From positions 744,001-808,000 of the forward strand of contig CBFDEM010000021.1 of NCBI GenBank assembly GCA_965603825.1: 64,000 nucleotides of DNA, read 5' to 3'. Within the stretch, counting starts at the first letter, position 1; each line of letters begins with the position of its first letter. The position numbers and the translations under genes were made by a program. Below, in pieces: positions 39,108 to 52,066 of this stretch. The notes below the pieces were generated by a model that was not told where the DNA came from, searched no databases, and was given only the letters and a program-made list of their open reading frames with translations. Origin of the DNA: Blepharisma stoltei ATCC 30299 (Eukaryota; Protista; Ciliophora).

Positions 39108-42100
39108 ATGAGTCAGATACTTATCTCTTTGTCAATTCTCATATTATATGCATGGTTCACACATTCCGCTTCTTCAGTCGAACTAATGGTGGTTCAAGAT
39201 AATACTGGCAGTAAAAATTCATTGTGAAATTTCTTATCAATGAAAAACTTCTTTTATAGTTCAAATGATTTGATAGACTGATACAATTGCTCGATTTCAG
39301 AAATACCTAAATGCATTGAAAAAAAGCCAAATACATCGGTGATATTAAATTTATTTGACGATTTAAGTATTCAATTTGAAGTGTCCCAACTATGTAAAGA
39401 ATATAAGATTATCCATTTAGTTTTGCAAGACGAATTCGTTTATCGTGACGAATGGACTTATTCTGCAATTTCGTCCCAGTATAATAGGTTGGATGCTTTT
39501 TTTTCTTTATTGAAACATTATAGTTGAGATAAAGGGGTTATTTTTACTAATAATTTTGATCAAGACATTTTTACAAATTTTACTTCAGATTTTAAGGTCT
39601 TGACAATTGAAAATAAAACAGATATTGATAATTTAATAAAACGAATTGTAGTGCCTATGGGCTCTTCACTATATTATATCTTTGCAAGCAGTGATGAATC
39701 TAACTCGATACAAAACAACTTAGCAGGAGCAAATTTACTAACAAGTGGAAATGGACTTATTCTTAATCAGCAAGGAGGATATAATTGTAGTGTCGAAGGA
39801 GCTTTAATTATAGTTGATATGGGCCAAGAAGACACATGCTGTGAAGAAGATTATTTTGCGAATTCTGTTATCAACTTTTTGTCTTATTTAGCCATAAATG
39901 CTGAAAATTCTTCAGAAATAAAATTACTCCTCGAGAAAAAATTAAAGACACACTATAGCGAAAATAAATTTTCTCTACTAAATATACAAAATGGGCAGAG
40001 AGTTATAATTGGGTCGATTATAGATGGCAATATTAAATTTTACAATGACACAATTTTTCCAGGGAAGACTAAAACAGTTCCAAAATCAACCAAAAAAATT
40101 ATAAATATTAGTATTGGTGATGGATCAGCCAATCCAAATTCCCCTCCGTCAACTGTGGGCACAATTGGGGCAAGAGGATCCTATGTTGCTCAAAAATTTA
40201 TAAATGAAGGTCTTCTAGGCATTCTTTTAAATTTCCAAGTTAACCTTTTCAGTTTTGACTGTGGAACTACTGTTTATAACGAAGCCTTTGCGAAAGCTTG
40301 CTTTACAAAAGACTATAATAATATAGGATTAGCATACTTGTCACCATTTGGGTCATCTCCAACTGTTGGAACATTGAGATTGTTCAAAAAGATGAATTGG
40401 ACAATTCCAGTAATCGGCTCAACAAACTCAGAAGCAACACTAAATTCGACAGCCATATATCCTATGTACACAAGAGTTTGGCCTTCAAGCTCCTTTTCCT
40501 ATTCTTTGCAGCCTGTTCTATTGAGAGCTCTTGGGTGAAAAAGTGCAGCTATTATGTATCAAAATGATAGCTGAGGACAAACTGGGTATTTTTATGCAAC
40601 CCAAGGAGCAGAAAACCACAATTTAGACTTAATAAATCCAATTGAAACAAGGGTCCTTCCTGCCACGCTTGATAGAGCAGGCATTCAAAACTATACAAAA
40701 GTGATCCAAGGAGTAATTGACTCACAAGCACGATTGATTATTTTTATTTTTCAATCTCCATTGTGTAATTATGTGCTGGAAACATTTTATGATTTAGGGA
40801 TGAGAAAAGGCGATATAATAGTCTTTACTCCTTTGGCAGATTTTTTATCTGACTTCGCAAAAAGTGATAACTATACATATAAAAGATTAGAGCTTGGGTC
40901 TCCTATGATCACTTTTTTTGGTCAACAATGAGTAGGAAGTATAGGGCAAACTGCATTGTCAAGAATGCTGCAGCTTTATAATAATTCTTCTCCCAGCGCA
41001 TATGCTGCGTATTGATTTGATGGCTTATTTTCAGCAGCTTATGCTGTTGATTATATGATTAATCGTGGAAGAGACTATACTGATCCGCTTAAACTTGAAA
41101 GCACAATAAGAAGCGTCCAATTCGTAGGATGCACTGGAACAGTAACAATAGAAAAAGACAGCAATGACCGAATCTTATCAAAATTTGACGTTCAAACAAA
41201 TAAATTTGATGTCAATGGAAATTTAGTTAAATACATCATTGGGGCATTAAGACCTTTAAGCACACATATTTTGCAAATTACTAACCCCATTATCTACTCT
41301 GATGGGACTACAATAAAGCCTGCAGATTTAAGAAACCAAGACAATCCCTGCCCTTTTCCTGATGATTCAGTTAAAACTTTTATGAAGGGAAAAATCCTTG
41401 TTTTTGGTATTTGTTTTTCTATTGCATTCATTTCTATAATAATTACTATATATATCTGGAAGAGATGATGGAATGCTCAAATAGATGAACTCAAAGATAA
41501 GCAGGAAGTTTCTTTTCCTGATGTAATAATTGGAGCAACTATTGTTATTGAATTCTTCCAGTATTCTTCAATGGGTCCTAACTTTTCAATGATAAGCCCA
41601 TTTTTAGCAGAAATTAGTAATCCTTTTGGCTTAGAACTGCAAAATATCATCAAGCTTAAAAATGGAGTATTTTGAGTCGTTGTGGATATTGTTTTTGGAT
41701 CAATAGTCATATGAATTACAATGTGCATGGTAATTTTGTTTCGCTTAGATGAGAAGTATGCCCGTGTGTCTCCTTTTAGACTTATTGCTTGGCTTGCTGA
41801 TTATTTAATGCCAATTTTAGGGAATTTATGCTTTATCCCATTTATTTCAATTTGTCTTGATATTTTTGTCTGTGATGAATCAATCGGAGATAGTTTTACA
41901 GATAGTTTTCTAGCCAAGGACTGCTATTATTTCTGCTGAAAAGATGAGCATTTAGTCTATGCAATTATATCATTCATTGCTTTAGTATGTTATTGCCCCC
42001 TTGCAGTATTTTGTAGACCGCTATGACAAGAGCTGCAGCACCTTTTACACGTAAAAACAACTCCTTTATTTCTAATGGTAAAAACTATAGTGCAACTCAT

Positions 42101-42521
42101 TTTAATTGTGCTCAATAAAACGCTTAAAAGAGCGACAGGGTTAGGACATGGGATTGTTTTTACTGTCGCAATGGTCTGCTATGTTGCTTTTATATATAAA
42201 TTCAAGCCTTATAATTATCCTAGATTCAGCTGGTGACAAATATTGGTCATGATTGGAGTAGCTTGGCTTGCATTTTTATCTACAGTATGTATAGGTCTTG
42301 GATATGGCTCATTAATTTTTCTTATAGTTCTTATTTTTGGATGGGTTTTGATAGCATGCATAGGAGTTTATGTGCAAAAGAGAAAATATCCCAGTATGCT
42401 GTATAGAAAAAAAGGGCAAACTGTTACAGACTTATTCAAATTTACATTTGGAAAGAACTCAACTTTTACCTTAAAAAAAATAGTTCCAAACTATGAGAAA
42501 GGAAGTAGTGAATTATCTTAG
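39108..42521 (+). CDS. Receptor C, paralog of A and B
   Basis: Single frame of 1137 aa; signal peptide; LNSTAIYPMYTRV, LGWKSAAIMY, FVGCTGTV, CPFP, FKPYNYPR; ends TAG. Confidence 0.85.
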
Positions 42522-43825
42522 CAAATAATAAATACAATTATTAAATAAATGACTAGATTAACTAACCTTGATCAGTAGTATTTTTGTTAAAACTGAGAGT
42601 TTTTTAAATTTATAAAATACAATTAATCGATGTTTTTTATAGTGAGAATGATAAATATGATAGGGTATATTATGAATTTTGGATGTTGGAGTAATTAAGA
42701 GTTTATATTTAAAAATTTGGCTGACCAAATAATATTAAATTTCTGATATTGATAAATTAACTCCTATTATAGAGTTATTATATAAAAATTATCCTTATCA
42801 GCTCTTGAGGGTAATTTATTATTAATTTTAAAAAATTCTTTACAAAAGAAAAAATTAGTATTGAGCCAATATAAGGCATTTAATAGCTTATATCAATTAA
42901 TTTTTTTAATTAATTTAAAAAGACTAAAAAAATTCAGAAATATAATTTTTTAATAACTCATGGTTTTAAATTAAAAGTGACAGGGCCTCGATTTAATTAT
43001 AAAGTGTTCATAACACATTGCCTTAAAATAATTCTGGATTGCTTTTTTGAATATTATAGCATAATTATGATAAGGATTAGATGAAAAAAACCCATGAAAG
43101 CACAAATCTTAAATAAATCTTGCTGACTTGCCAATTCAAAGGTTGGAGAAGCCGACCCCCGGTCGTCTAAGGAATTGCCAGAGATGATAGAGATCTATTA
43201 GAGGGGATATATTATATTTTCTTTTAAGCTTCTATGAGAATTCATTAAAATACATAAAATTATCTAGTACTTTTTATACTAAAAATTTTTTGGAAAAAAT
43301 TATAGTCACTTTCATATGTTTTTGAAGAGGGTTTAAAAATATGCAGCTCACTTTATTTAAACTCACCATTTGGAGTTTTTAAGAACAATTATTGAAGACT
43401 AATCATTAACTCTAAATAAACCCCAAAAAATTGATGATATTCGTTGTCATTAATTTAGGGAACATCAATTAAATAAGTAGATTTTATTTGGAGATGTCTT
43501 GATCTTCTTACATTTTAATTAATTTTAATGTTAAAATATATATTTTTTATTCTTAAGGACAATGGCTTTCTTAGTTTTATTGCAATTTTTATAAATATAT
43601 TAAATATTCACAATATTAAAACCTACAAATAAAACTTTTAGATATCATTTCAGTCTCTGCACTAATTCTTTAATTATCGCAGGCTTAAACTTAAAATTAA
43701 TTTTATTATTCTAATTTTAATAAAAAAAAAATTTTTATTAAACTGGTCGTTGTTTCTCGAAGTCTATCTGAGTAAGCTAATTCGATATAAATGCACGTAA
43801 ATATGTTTAATCATTTTTCCTATAA

Positions 43826-46800
43826 ATGATTATTGCTATTGCAATAATTTCATTTATCTTGCCATGTGCAGGTAAAATTTATTAAGACTCGAACTTCATC
43901 TTTTTTTATCAACTATTTCAAGGAATTGGAGAAGTTCTTTCTGATTTTGGTCTTGATCAACACCATGCCGTCAATGGTTTCACAGCTGAAGTAGAAAATG
44001 ATTCCAATTGCATTTTTACTGATAGAGGAGGCTATTTTGATGGTTCAACTCTTATAACTCCTCCAGATAACTCTGTAGTGCAAAATCCATTATCAGTTCC
44101 ATCTTCCTTTTGCTTAATTTTGTGGATAATGATTCTTTCAGATGGAGTAATATTTTCTCGCTATGACAGCTCCAATAACCTTTTGATAAAAATCAGTGTA
44201 TCATCAGGATCTATGAGTTTTCGGGCATATACATCTGACCAAAGTTTTCCAGCAGCAGGAAATAATGGGCCTAGTTATGCGGTCACTTATAGTAATTTCT
44301 ATATAGATGAATGACACTTTATTGCAGCGATATCAGATTATCCCTCATCACAAACAGATGAAAAACTTATTATAGAAAGTAACTTCAACACTGTAACTTT
44401 TACAGGAAGCTACACTAATGATGGAATTGCTTATGGCACTAATATAGGCTGCGATCAAACATGCACTGGAGGATTTACTGGATATATTTATTATATCGTC
44501 TTTGAAAATAATGCGGAAAGCTATTCAAGTATTCAGGCTTATTATTCTACTTCTTGTTCTGGATGCTCATATTGCAAGCCATATCAGCCTTGCATGTCAA
44601 CTTGTACAAACCCTCGATACCCTGATAGCTGCTCTGCTCAATGTAATTGTGCGAATAATGCGATAGCTAGTTGCTCAGATTCAAACATAAATTCATGCCA
44701 AAGGTGTGATTCTTCATGCTCAAGGACTTGTTCAGGCACAACATCAAGCGATTGTCAAGATATTAAAGCGACCTACTGCCAAGGGATTCATCCTTATTGC
44801 TCTATCCAAAAAACTTGTTTGTGAAATGTGGTTTGTCCCAATCACTGCTATTATTGTGAGGTTGATCCTACTTGTATTCAGTGCGATCCAGGGTACTTTC
44901 TTGATAACACAGGAAATTGCATCCAATGCGACTCAAGCTGTAATGGTTGTTCAGGATCAGCGACTCATTGCTTAAGTTGTTCTACGCCAGGATATTCTCC
45001 TTCGACGTCAAATGGAGCTTGCCAATGTACAACATCAGAATATGAAATTTCATCAAGTCCTCTAGTATGTGGCAGCTGCCATTCATCATGCAGTACCTGT
45101 GCTGGCTCTGGAAGCAATAATTGCAATTCTTGTGCAGATTCCACTATAATTCTAGTATCAACTCCTGGATCTTGCTCGTGCCCGTCTAATAAATACATAG
45201 CTCAAAAAGCTACTCTTCTTTGTAAAGACTGTGATTCATCTTGCCTTACATGTAGTGGTCCATCTAACAATGACTGCTTGACTTGCTCTAATTCAATTGT
45301 TTTAGCCTCAACGCCAAGCTCTTGCACTTGTAGCTCTGGAGAATATATGTCAGTAAAAAATCCAAAAACTTGCAGCCCTTGTCATAGTTCTTGTGCTACA
45401 TGCTCTGGAGGATTTATAACAAATTGCTTAAGTTGTGCAAGTTCAGTTGTAATGAGCTCTAGCCCTGGACAATGAATATGTGCACAAAATCAATATAAAT
45501 CTCAAGACTCTCCATTAGTGTGCACAGACTGCCACCCATCCTGCAGTAGCTGTTCAGGACCTTTGTCAACAGACTGCACATCATGTCTGGATTCTTCAAG
45601 AGTTATAGCTTCGAACCCTGGATATTGTGATTGTGATGCATCACATTATATCGTCTCTAAATCCCCATTTATTTGCGGAGATTGCGGTGGAGATTGCTAT
45701 TCATGCTTTGGATCAGCCGAAAATAATTGTCTAACTTGCAAAAATAGTTTAATTACCCCGAGCGCAGATGGGTATTGCAAGTGTAAAGATAATGAATATA
45801 TCGTTTCAATGACTAGCTTGCAATGTGGGGCTTGCGATCTAAGCTGCAGTTCTTGCGTTGGTCCAGGTCCTGACCAGTGTTTAGCATGCAAAGATTCAAG
45901 TGTAACGCTTAAAGTTCAACCTTCTTCATGTTCAGAATCCTCAAATGAAAGCAGCAATAAAAGTGAAAACGATTTAAAAGAATATGCTAAAGCGGGTGGG
46001 TATCTTGTATCAGCAGGTCTTATTGCTTCTGGATTTCTTATATCAGTAATAGAAGGAAAAGCAGGTACATTATGAACTTATGTTAATATTGTTCAGCTTT
46101 TAGCTTTTATTCCACTTCAAAATATTGATATTCCTGAAAACCTTTATGAATTTTGAAAAGCTTTTCTTTCATGAACAATAATACCAAGTTTAGGAGAGTC
46201 ATTTTATGGAAAAGATGGAGTTGATGATGTAAAACCATATTCAAACTGAGTTAAATATGGATACAAAGGAAGTTCTTTTTTAGTTAATGGGGGTGGAATG
46301 CTTTTAATTGCTTTGGTAGTAAGACTACTATGAATTATTGTCTACTCATTGAAATTTTATTCAAACGAAAAAGTACAAAAGATTATAATTCCACTATTAT
46401 CTAAATTCAAATACAATGCTTTTATTAGGTTATGGCTCGAAATTTATATTTTGCTGATGGCAGCAAATATAGTTGGAATAAATAACTTATTATTTTCAAG
46501 TCCAAGTGCATTTATTGACTCGATTTTGTCGATTTTTATTCTTAGTTTCTTGTAGCAGTATCATTTTTATTAACTGGCCCATATATATATGATATTTCAT
46601 ATATTTTAGATAACGCAATTCAAATCACAGTTATTTGCTTAACATTTTCATATTTGGTAGCGAGCTATTATATTTTAATGGCAAAAATTTATGCCACTAT
46701 TAAAGCTAAACTTAAGAAAAAAAGCAATACAGCAGTCATTCCTGAAGCTGTGAGAATAAATGCATCTGAATTAACAGTAATTCCCGAATCAACAAGAATA

Positions 46801-46941
46801 AATGTGCCTGAATTTGGGGATTTTCAAATAAGAGTGTCACAAACGGAATTATTAGCTTTAAGGAACTCAGCATATAATTCGAATGACACAATATTAAGTC
46901 AAAAAGATGAGCAGAAAGTTAGTGATTTAGACCATATCTAA
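43826..46941 (+). pseudogene. Gene D: LamG-like + furin-like Cys repeats + TM domain, broken by a 325-nt deletion
   Basis: Near-identical to 47141-50581; introns 43872-43886 and 44292-44306; lacks the segment equivalent to 49860-50184, giving a frameshift and TAG at 46553-46555; the tail remnant runs to 46941. Confidence 0.8.
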
Positions 46942-47140
46942 GTATATTAAATAAAAACGATATAAAACCCTACAAGTGCAACTTTTAGATATCATTTCAG
47001 TCTTTGCACTTGTTCTTTAATTTTCACTGGCTTTAATTAAGATCAGTTTTAATTTTATTATTCTAATTTTAATAAAAAAAAATTTAGATTAATTAATTAT
47101 ATATAAATGCATGTAAATATGTTTAATCATTTTTCGATAA

Positions 47141-50100
47141 ATGATTATTGCTCTTGCAATAATTTCATCTATCTTGCCATGTGCAGGTAAAATTTATTAA
47201 GACTCGAACTTCATCTTTTTTTATCAACTATTTCAAGGAATTGGAGAAGTTCTTTCTGATTTTGGTCTTGATCAACACCATGCCGTCAATGGTTTCACAG
47301 CTGAAGTAGAAAATGATTCCAATTGCATTTTTACTGATAGAGGAGGCTATTTTGATGGCTCAACTCTTATAACTCCTCCAGATAACTCAGTAGTGCAAAA
47401 TCCATTATCAATTCCAACATCCTTCACTTTTGAGTTCTGAATAATGATTATTTCAGATGGAATAATATTCTCTCGATATGATAGCTCCAATAACATTTTG
47501 ATAAAAATCAGTGTATTGTCAGGGTCTATGAGTTTTTGGGCATATACATCTGATCAAAGTTTCCCAGCTGCTGGAAATAATGGGCCAAATTATCCTGTTA
47601 CTTATAGTAATTTCTAAATAGATGAATGGCATTTTATTGTGGCAACAGTGAATTTTGATGGGTCTACTGCAGTTGAAACACTTTATATAGAAAATAATAA
47701 TAATTCAGCATCGTTTCCAGGAAGTTATACTATTGACGGACTTGCTTATGGCACAAATATAGGCTGCGATCCAACATGTGGTGCAGGATTTACTGGATAC
47801 ATTTATTATTTTATTTTTAAGAACATGGCAGAATCCTTAACTGATTTTCAAAATTCATGATCTATTTCTTGCTCTGGCTGCACTTATTGCCGGCCATCGC
47901 AGCCTTGCATGTCAACTTGTACTAACCCTCGATACCCTGATAGCTGCTCTGCTCAATGTAATTGTGCGAATAATGCGATAGCTAGTTGCTCAGATTCAAA
48001 CATAAATTCATGCCAAATGTGTGATTCTTCATGCTCAAGGACTTGCTCAGGCACAACATCAAACGATTGCCAAGATATTAAGGCTACCTACTGCCAAGGG
48101 ATTCATCCCTATTCCCCTATCCAAAAAACTTGTTTGTGAAATGTGGTTTGTCCCAATCACTGCTATTATTGTGAGGTTGATCCTACTTGTATACAGTGCG
48201 ATTTCGGGTATTTTGTTGATAATACAGGAAATTGCATCCAATGCGATTCAAGCTGTAATGGTTGTTCAGGATCAGCGACTCATTGCTTAAGCTGTTCTAC
48301 GCCAGGATATTCTCCTTCGACGTCAAATGGAGCTTGCCAATGTACAACATCAGAATATGAAATTTCATCAAGTCCTCTAGTATGTGGCAGCTGCCATTCA
48401 TCATGCAGTACCTGTGCTGGCTCTGGAAATAATAATTGCTATACTTGTGCAGATTCCGCTATAATTCCTGTATCAACTCCCGGATCTTGCTCGTGCCCGT
48501 CTAATAAATACATAGCTCAAAAAGCTACTCTTCTTTGTAAAGACTGTGATTCATCTTGCCTTACATGTAGTGGTCCATCTAGCAGTGACTGCTTGACCTG
48601 CTCTAATTCAATTGTTTTAGCCTCAACGCCAAGCTCTTGCACTTGTAGCTCTGGAGAATATATATCAATAAAAAATCCAAAAACTTGCAGCCCTTGCCAT
48701 AGTTCTTGCGCTACATGTTCTGGAGGATTTATAACAGATTGCTTAAGTTGTGCAAGTTCAGTTGTAATGAGCTCTAGCCCTGGGCAATGCATATGTGCAC
48801 AAAATCAATATAAATCTCAAGACTCTCCATTAGTGTGCACAGACTGCCACCCATCCTGCAGTAGCTGTTCAGGACCTTTGTCAACAGATTGCACATCATG
48901 TCTGGATTCTTCAAGAGTTGTAGCTTCTAACCCTGGATATTGTGATTGTGATGCATCACATTATATCGTCTCTAAATCCCCATTTATTTGCGGAGATTGC
49001 GGTGGAGATTGCTATTCATGCTTTGGATCAGCCGAAAATAATTGTCTAACTTGCAAAAATAGTTTAATTACCCCGAGCGCAGATGGGTATTGCAAGTGTA
49101 AAGATAATGAATATATCGTTTCAATGACTAATTTGCAATGTGGGGCTTGCGATCTAAGCTGCAGTTCTTGCGTTGGTCCAGGTCCTGACCAGTGTTTAAC
49201 ATGCAAAGATTCAAGTGTAACGCTTAAAGTTCAACCTTCTTCATGTTCAGAATCCTCAAATGAAAGCAGCAATAAAAGTGAAAACGATTTAAAAGAATAT
49301 GCTAAAGCGAGTGGGTATCTTGTATCAGCAGGCCTTATTGCTTCTGGATTTCTTATATCCGTAATCGAAGGAAAAACAGGTACATTATGAACTTATGTTA
49401 ATATTGTTCAGCTTTTAGCTTTTATTCCACTTCAAAATATTGATATTCCTGAAAACCTTTATGAATTTTGAAAAGCTTTTCTTTCCTACACAATGATGCC
49501 AAGCTTAGGAAAACTCTTTTATGGGGAAGATGGAGCTGATGATGTAAAACCATATTCAAACTGAGTTAAATATGGATACAAAGGAAGCTCATTTTTAGTC
49601 AATGGAGGTGGAATGTTTTTAATTGCTTTGGTAGTAACACTACTATGAACTATTGTCTACTCTTTGAAATGTTATTCAAACGAAAAAGTACAAAAGATTA
49701 TAATTCCACTATTATCTAAATTCAAATACAATGCTTTTATTAGGTTATGGCTCGAAATTTATATTTTGCTGATGGCAGCAAATATAGTTGGAATAAATAA
49801 CTTATTATTTTCAAGTCCAAGTGCATTTATTGACTCGATTTTGTCGATTTTTATTCTTATATTAAGCGTTTTGCTTCAAATTATATTTTTTATCATTATA
49901 TACACAAATAGATTTAAGGCATACAGAAAATCAAAAAAAATTACAGCGAAATATGGATCGTTATTTGAAGAATTTAGATTTAATAACCGCTATATTGAGC
50001 TACTTTATTACCCATTTTTTCTGCTCCGGAGGTTTATCTTAGTTATAAATTTATACAATTCATCTAGAATCCCATTATTGCAATGACTTTTAAATTTATT

Positions 50101-50581
50101 TTATTCTATATTAGCAACATTATTTTTGTTCAAATATTGCCATTTCAAAGACAAAGAAAATCATTGAATAAACTTGGCAGGAGAGTTTCTTGTAGCAGTA
50201 TCATTTTTATTAACTGGCCCATATATATATGATATTCCATATATTTTAGATAACGCAATTCAAATCACAGTTATTTGCTTAACATTTTCATACTTGTTAG
50301 CGAGCTATTATTTTTTAATGGTAAAAATTTATGCCACTATTAAAACTAAACTTGAGAAAAAAAGCAGTGCAGCAGTCATTCCTGAAGTTGTAAGAATAAA
50401 TGCATCTGAATTAACAGTAATTCCCGAATCAACAAGAATAAATGCGCCTGAATTTGGCGATTTTCAAATAAGAGTGTCACAAAAGGAATTATTAGCTTTA
50501 AAAAATACAGCATATAATTCGAATGACACAATATTAAGCCAAAAAGATGAGCAGAAAGTTAGTGATTTAGACCATATCTAA
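47141..50581 (+). CDS. Gene E: signal peptide + LamG/ConA-like domain + furin-like Cys repeats + ~9-TM domain
   Basis: Introns 47187-47201 and 47607-47621, both containing an in-frame TAA; DRGGYFDG..SFTFEFW; CxxCxxxCxxCxG repeats; WTYVNIVQLLAFIPL, KYGSLFEEF, YYPFFLLRRF; ends TAA. Confidence 0.87.
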
Positions 50582-51190
50582 GTATATCAAATGCTAACGA
50601 TACTAAAACCTAAAAAATAAAACTTTTAGATATCATTTCAGTCTTTGCACTTGCACTTTAATTTTCACAGGCTAAAACTTAAGATTAGTTTTAATTTTAT
50701 TATTCTAATTTTAATAAAAAAAAAATTAGATTAAACCGTTCGTCGTTTCTAGAAAAATCTATCTAATCTAATTAATTAGATATAAATGCACGTAAATATG
50801 TTTAATTATTTTACCTATAAATGATTATTGCTCTTGCAATAATTTCATCTAATGGTTGATTCGAAGTTTACCCAAAATCCAACCGTTTGCCTAGAGGTTT
50901 CACAAGGTGTATAGTTTAAGAGTCATCTCCATGAGAAGTCGTTCATATAAACTGATGAACAACTAAAAGCTGTTTCTACTGCGGAATTGGGTCCATTTAT
51001 AGACATTTTGAATTATGCCAGAGCTGATTTGTCATTAAAGATCTTTTTTTATTACAGCGTGGCATTAAAAAATTATTCGAAAATGCATTTTGATAAATGA
51101 ATCTATTTAATATTTAAACTGGTTTTAAATATTTATTGAAATATTTTTATTTATAATTTATAAGTCAAAGATATTAAGAAATGAGATTAC

Positions 51191-51866
51191 TTAAGCCTTG
51201 GTTGAACGATCTTTTAGACTATGCTCAGCAGGTAGCTGACTAGCACTCAAGTTATTAGTTGTAATTGTGCAGCTTACTGCGCCTGCAACGCAAGAGTTTA
51301 GAGTCCAGCTTGAAATATCAATAGTAGCTCCGCCACCTAGAGCCACTTCAATGCGATTTATAGTCAGAGTCGAAACAAGGGGATGAGCAAAATCAAGTTC
51401 AATATTTGGAGCAGAGAAACTGAGTTGATACCCAATAGAATCAACTCTACAAGTAGACCCATCTTGAGCAATTGAGCTAGCACACTTAAAACAATCAGGA
51501 CTTGTTATGCAAGATTGGCAGGAGTCAGAACAAGCTAAATAAAAATTACAAACACATGATGTCACTCCAGCTTTATTATAGAGGAAATACTCTGAATTGC
51601 ATTGAGTGCATGCTGTAGATACTGAACATCTAGCACAGTTTGCAAAGCAGCCTAAGTAAAAATTACAAATATTGTTATATAAAACTGATCCTGCAGGGCA
51701 ATCATTACAAAAAGTTGCAGGGTCTTTGCCGGTTGTTCCACAAGCTTGACATCCAGTTGAATCGCAAGAAGTGCAAGTAGCTGTTAAGCTAAAACATTTT
51801 TGAGTAGGATGGCACCAGGAACCTGAGCAGGTCCCTGTACAAGTCCCATCTATACTAAATATGTGT
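51191..51866 (-). pseudogene. Fragment of another Cys-rich surface-protein gene
   Basis: Open frame GTCTGTCSG...CFANCARC...CSDSCQSC...IELDFAHPL with two 15-nt intron-like segments (51652-51666, 51535-51549). No ATG, signal peptide or TM domain; an in-frame TAA lies just upstream. Confidence 0.65.
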
Positions 51867-51931
51867 TAGAAGCTGTCTAGCTTCCGGCCAGGCCCAAGAT
51901 AAGCGCCATATTTAATTATTCACATTCCTTA

Positions 51932-52066
51932 GCAATTCTAACTACGGCTCCAGGATCTTGCCTTTGTGGATCTTCTAAGTATACTATATTAGCATATCCT
52001 TTGACATGCGGAAATTGCCATATTTCATGCAATTCTTGTACAGGGCCAGACAAAACTCAATATTTG
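51932..52066 (+). pseudogene. Single orphan Cys-repeat relic related to gene F
   Basis: TTAPGSCLCGSSKYTILAYPLTCGNCHISCNSCTGPDKTQY resembles the F repeat near 57856-57975 (KTPSSCFCGSSQYTISTSPLSCGNCHSSCATCTGPNKTQC). Confidence 0.7.

Larger units (their letters stand above)
43612..50850 (+). repeat. Recent tandem duplication: two full gene units plus a truncated third (upstream region and first 10 codons)
   Basis: The block aacttttagatatcatttcagtc...taaatgca(c/t)gtaaatatgtttaa...ATGATTATTGCT recurs before ATG 43826, 47141 and 50821; the coding regions of the two units are near-identical. Confidence 0.9.

Noticed and set aside
43152-43166. GC-rich mini-hairpin cgacc-ccc-ggtcg in intergenic DNA
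   Set aside because: Only a 5-bp stem, with no recognisable RNA family context.
49858-50184. Segment missing from copy D as a possible IES excision
   Set aside because: It is not bounded by TA at both ends and is required coding sequence in paralogs E and F.
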